From Octopus vulgaris (Eukaryota): a DNA stretch of 64,000 nt. Shown here one piece after another: positions 61,711 through 64,000 of this stretch. The notes beneath the pieces were generated by a model. That model saw only the letters and a program-made list of their open reading frames with translations. It had not been told where the DNA came from and made no database searches. The DNA lies in NCBI GenBank assembly GCA_951406725.2, contig OX597833.1, forward strand, positions 55,614,001 to 55,678,000. Direction: 5' to 3'. Position 1 is the first letter of the stretch, and the number at the start of each line of letters is the position of its first letter. Made by a program: the position numbers and the translations under genes.

Positions 61711-62981
61711 ATATAATCACGCACTCTCACACACTTTCTCACGCGTGCGCGCATAAACACACATGCTCAGTTTTTTCGTACTAAACTTTTAACGTAACAG
61801 CGAAAACGTTTTAGTCATCCTGTATATCATGATTTCAAACTTCTGAAGAATTTGGAAAGAATTTTTAGAAGCAAAACACAACACTAGCCCGTAGTATAGA
61901 TAAACAAAAATTAACGATACGGATGCCGATGTAGTGATGATAACGATGATGGCGATGATGGTGATGATAATGGCGATGATGATAATGGCGATGATGAAGA
62001 TGATGATGATGATGATGTATGAAGAAAAGGCATTTATTTTCTACTTGAAAATGATGAAAAGATTTTCCTCCTCATCTTTTGTATTAGAAGATCCTCCAAA
62101 GATTCTGACACAGACAAAAAATTACATTATATAAGTCACACTTTGTGTGTGTGTGTGTACGTGTGTTCACGACTGTGTGTGTGTGCGTGTGTGTGTGTGT
62201 GTGTGTACGTGTGTTCACGGCTGTGTCTGTGTGTGTCTTTTCAAAGGGCGAAAGAAATTCACAGAAAAGGCATGCGTTAGAATTTTAAAAAAAAGCATAT
62301 ATGTGCCAACATCGAAAGATGGTTTTTAGTTAGTTTCTTTACATTTCAGAAAAAGTTAAACGATAAAAATTATTATGAGATATACCTTTTTTTTTTTTTG
62401 TTTTTGTTAAATCATGTTGTATATCTTCTTTTACCGGATGCTGAGTAGAAGAAAATACGAATAACAATAACAATAATAATAATTATAACCGAATTAAAAT
62501 TGATGGCAAAAAAGTTTTTTCTTTCGTTCGGCGAAAATCTTTCGTTCTGCAAAAACAGTCCAACTATAAGCAGAAGCTGGTCACGTGACTAGTTCTTTTA
62601 GTCGTAAGCAGCAGAGAGAGGTTTGGTGAAAACAGGTAGAGTAGATAATGAGTAAGGTGTAAAGACGGGGTGTGAGTTGAGGGTGCCTGCTTGCCCCCTC
62701 CATAGCTATATATATTACATGTACGACTGGCTGCTGGGTTCGCGTATGGAATGTCAAACAATAAGATCTCTGTTTAATATGTGTGTGAGTGTATACATGC
62801 ATATACTTGTATGTATGTATATATATATATATATATATATAATACAAATAAGAAAATGGTGGAACAAATTCATTTATAATTATAAGCATTTATGTATTTA
62901 GTATTTGGGTACCTCACCAGCAGTATATTGGATAACTGATATCCCATAGTGGATTACCCTCATAACCCCTATCTAACTTTG

Positions 62982-63069
<88 letters not shown>

Positions 63070-63070
<1 letters not shown>

Positions 63071-63580
63071 TAGCAGTATCACCCGGCGTTGCTCGGGTTT
63101 GTAAGGGAAATAACTATATAAGCATTTTTAGAGAGTTACTTCCCTTATATATGCCAATTCGGGCTTTCTTAGCCATTTCTGTCTTGGTGTCTTCAAGCCA
63201 TGAAGTCGTTGTTCTAAAAGAACGCTGGTCTCCTTGACAACGCATTACGACGTTGATTTCCTTAAACTCCCTTCCCCACAGCTTCACGAGGGAGGGAAGA
63301 AGGGGGAGAAGCAAACAGGTGCAGGTGTTTGAGCGTGGACGCCAACTCCGCCGCCATCGACACACGAAAAATTATGCATTAAAATGGATTAAAAAATGAT
63401 GTTAAATTTTTTTTTAAGTCGTAGACTCATCGTAGACGCGCGCTAATAGCCAGACGGGCTCGATATGAATCACGACTATAAGATACCCGATTTTGGTTAA
63501 ACTGCACCGCAAAATGTGGGAGTAGTTAGGAATCTAAATCGTAGGAGACAGACACGCACCTTCACTTTTATATATAAAGA
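63070..63580 (-). mobile_element. Complete short non-autonomous Helitron
   Basis: Minus strand A|TCTTTATATATA ... CCCGAGCAACGCCGGG..CTAG|T. Confidence 0.75.
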
Positions 63581-63727
63581 TTTCAGAAAAGCAAGAAAAT
63601 GTTTCCGATACGACTTACGAGATTTATGATACCTAAAAAATAATTAATTTAGTAAAAGAGTAATAAATGTTTTACTGGTGAGATATAGAGTCACGTGAAC
63701 ATTACGGACCGTCGTAATTCGTACTTT

Positions 63728-64000
63728 GGATCTTTTCGGTTTGAACGGCAGTTTGTAATATAATTTCTAGGTAACTAAAATATTTTAAACTTCTTATACT
63801 GGTGGAATGTGTTATAAAACATCTCTTTCTCTTGGCTTTATTGAGAAAATTCTATAGTTTGTAAGATATTTGTTGGGGGTTTTTTCTGCAATTTCAACCA
63901 ATCACTGACGTCTATTGAGGTAAACAACATTCTGTGCCGTATGAATATGTCCTTCGTTTAAGAAACAGACTGGGTTTATTTACATTTCTGAAGAAAAAAA
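63728..64000. mobile_element. GGATC-TIR MITE, runs off the window
   Basis: Left TIR and body as in 1588-2024. Confidence 0.8.

Overview
AT-rich eukaryotic genomic DNA, dense in microsatellites, SINEs and MITEs. The repeat content resembles an Octopus (cephalopod) genome; this is an inference, not a search result. Left 40 kb: a cluster of seven intronless paralogous ORFs plus several decayed remnants. Each ORF encodes a variable, disordered N-terminal tail followed by a conserved ~120-aa four-transmembrane domain that I cannot assign to a known family. Each copy has a conserved upstream cassette (AAGAATTGAAACCG...TGCATGCAA...ATGGAATAGTTxATTTAA). One paralog has gained YEEI, four YxxM motifs (including YINM) and a PDZ-type C-terminus, which suggests a lineage-specific signalling receptor/adaptor family. 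Right 20 kb: a TPR-SET-MYND (SMYD-like) gene on the minus strand with four coding exons (about 725 aa; all three intron phases are consistent). Mobile DNA includes L1/Tx1-, RTE- and CR1-like LINE ends, an ORF1-only (HAL1-like) insertion, an 8-unit SINE concatemer inside one target-site duplication (TSD), a head-to-tail Helitron dimer, MITEs with 8-bp TSDs carrying TTAGGG repeats, and minimal hammerhead ribozyme motifs. Most short ORFs in the supplied track are repeat artefacts.
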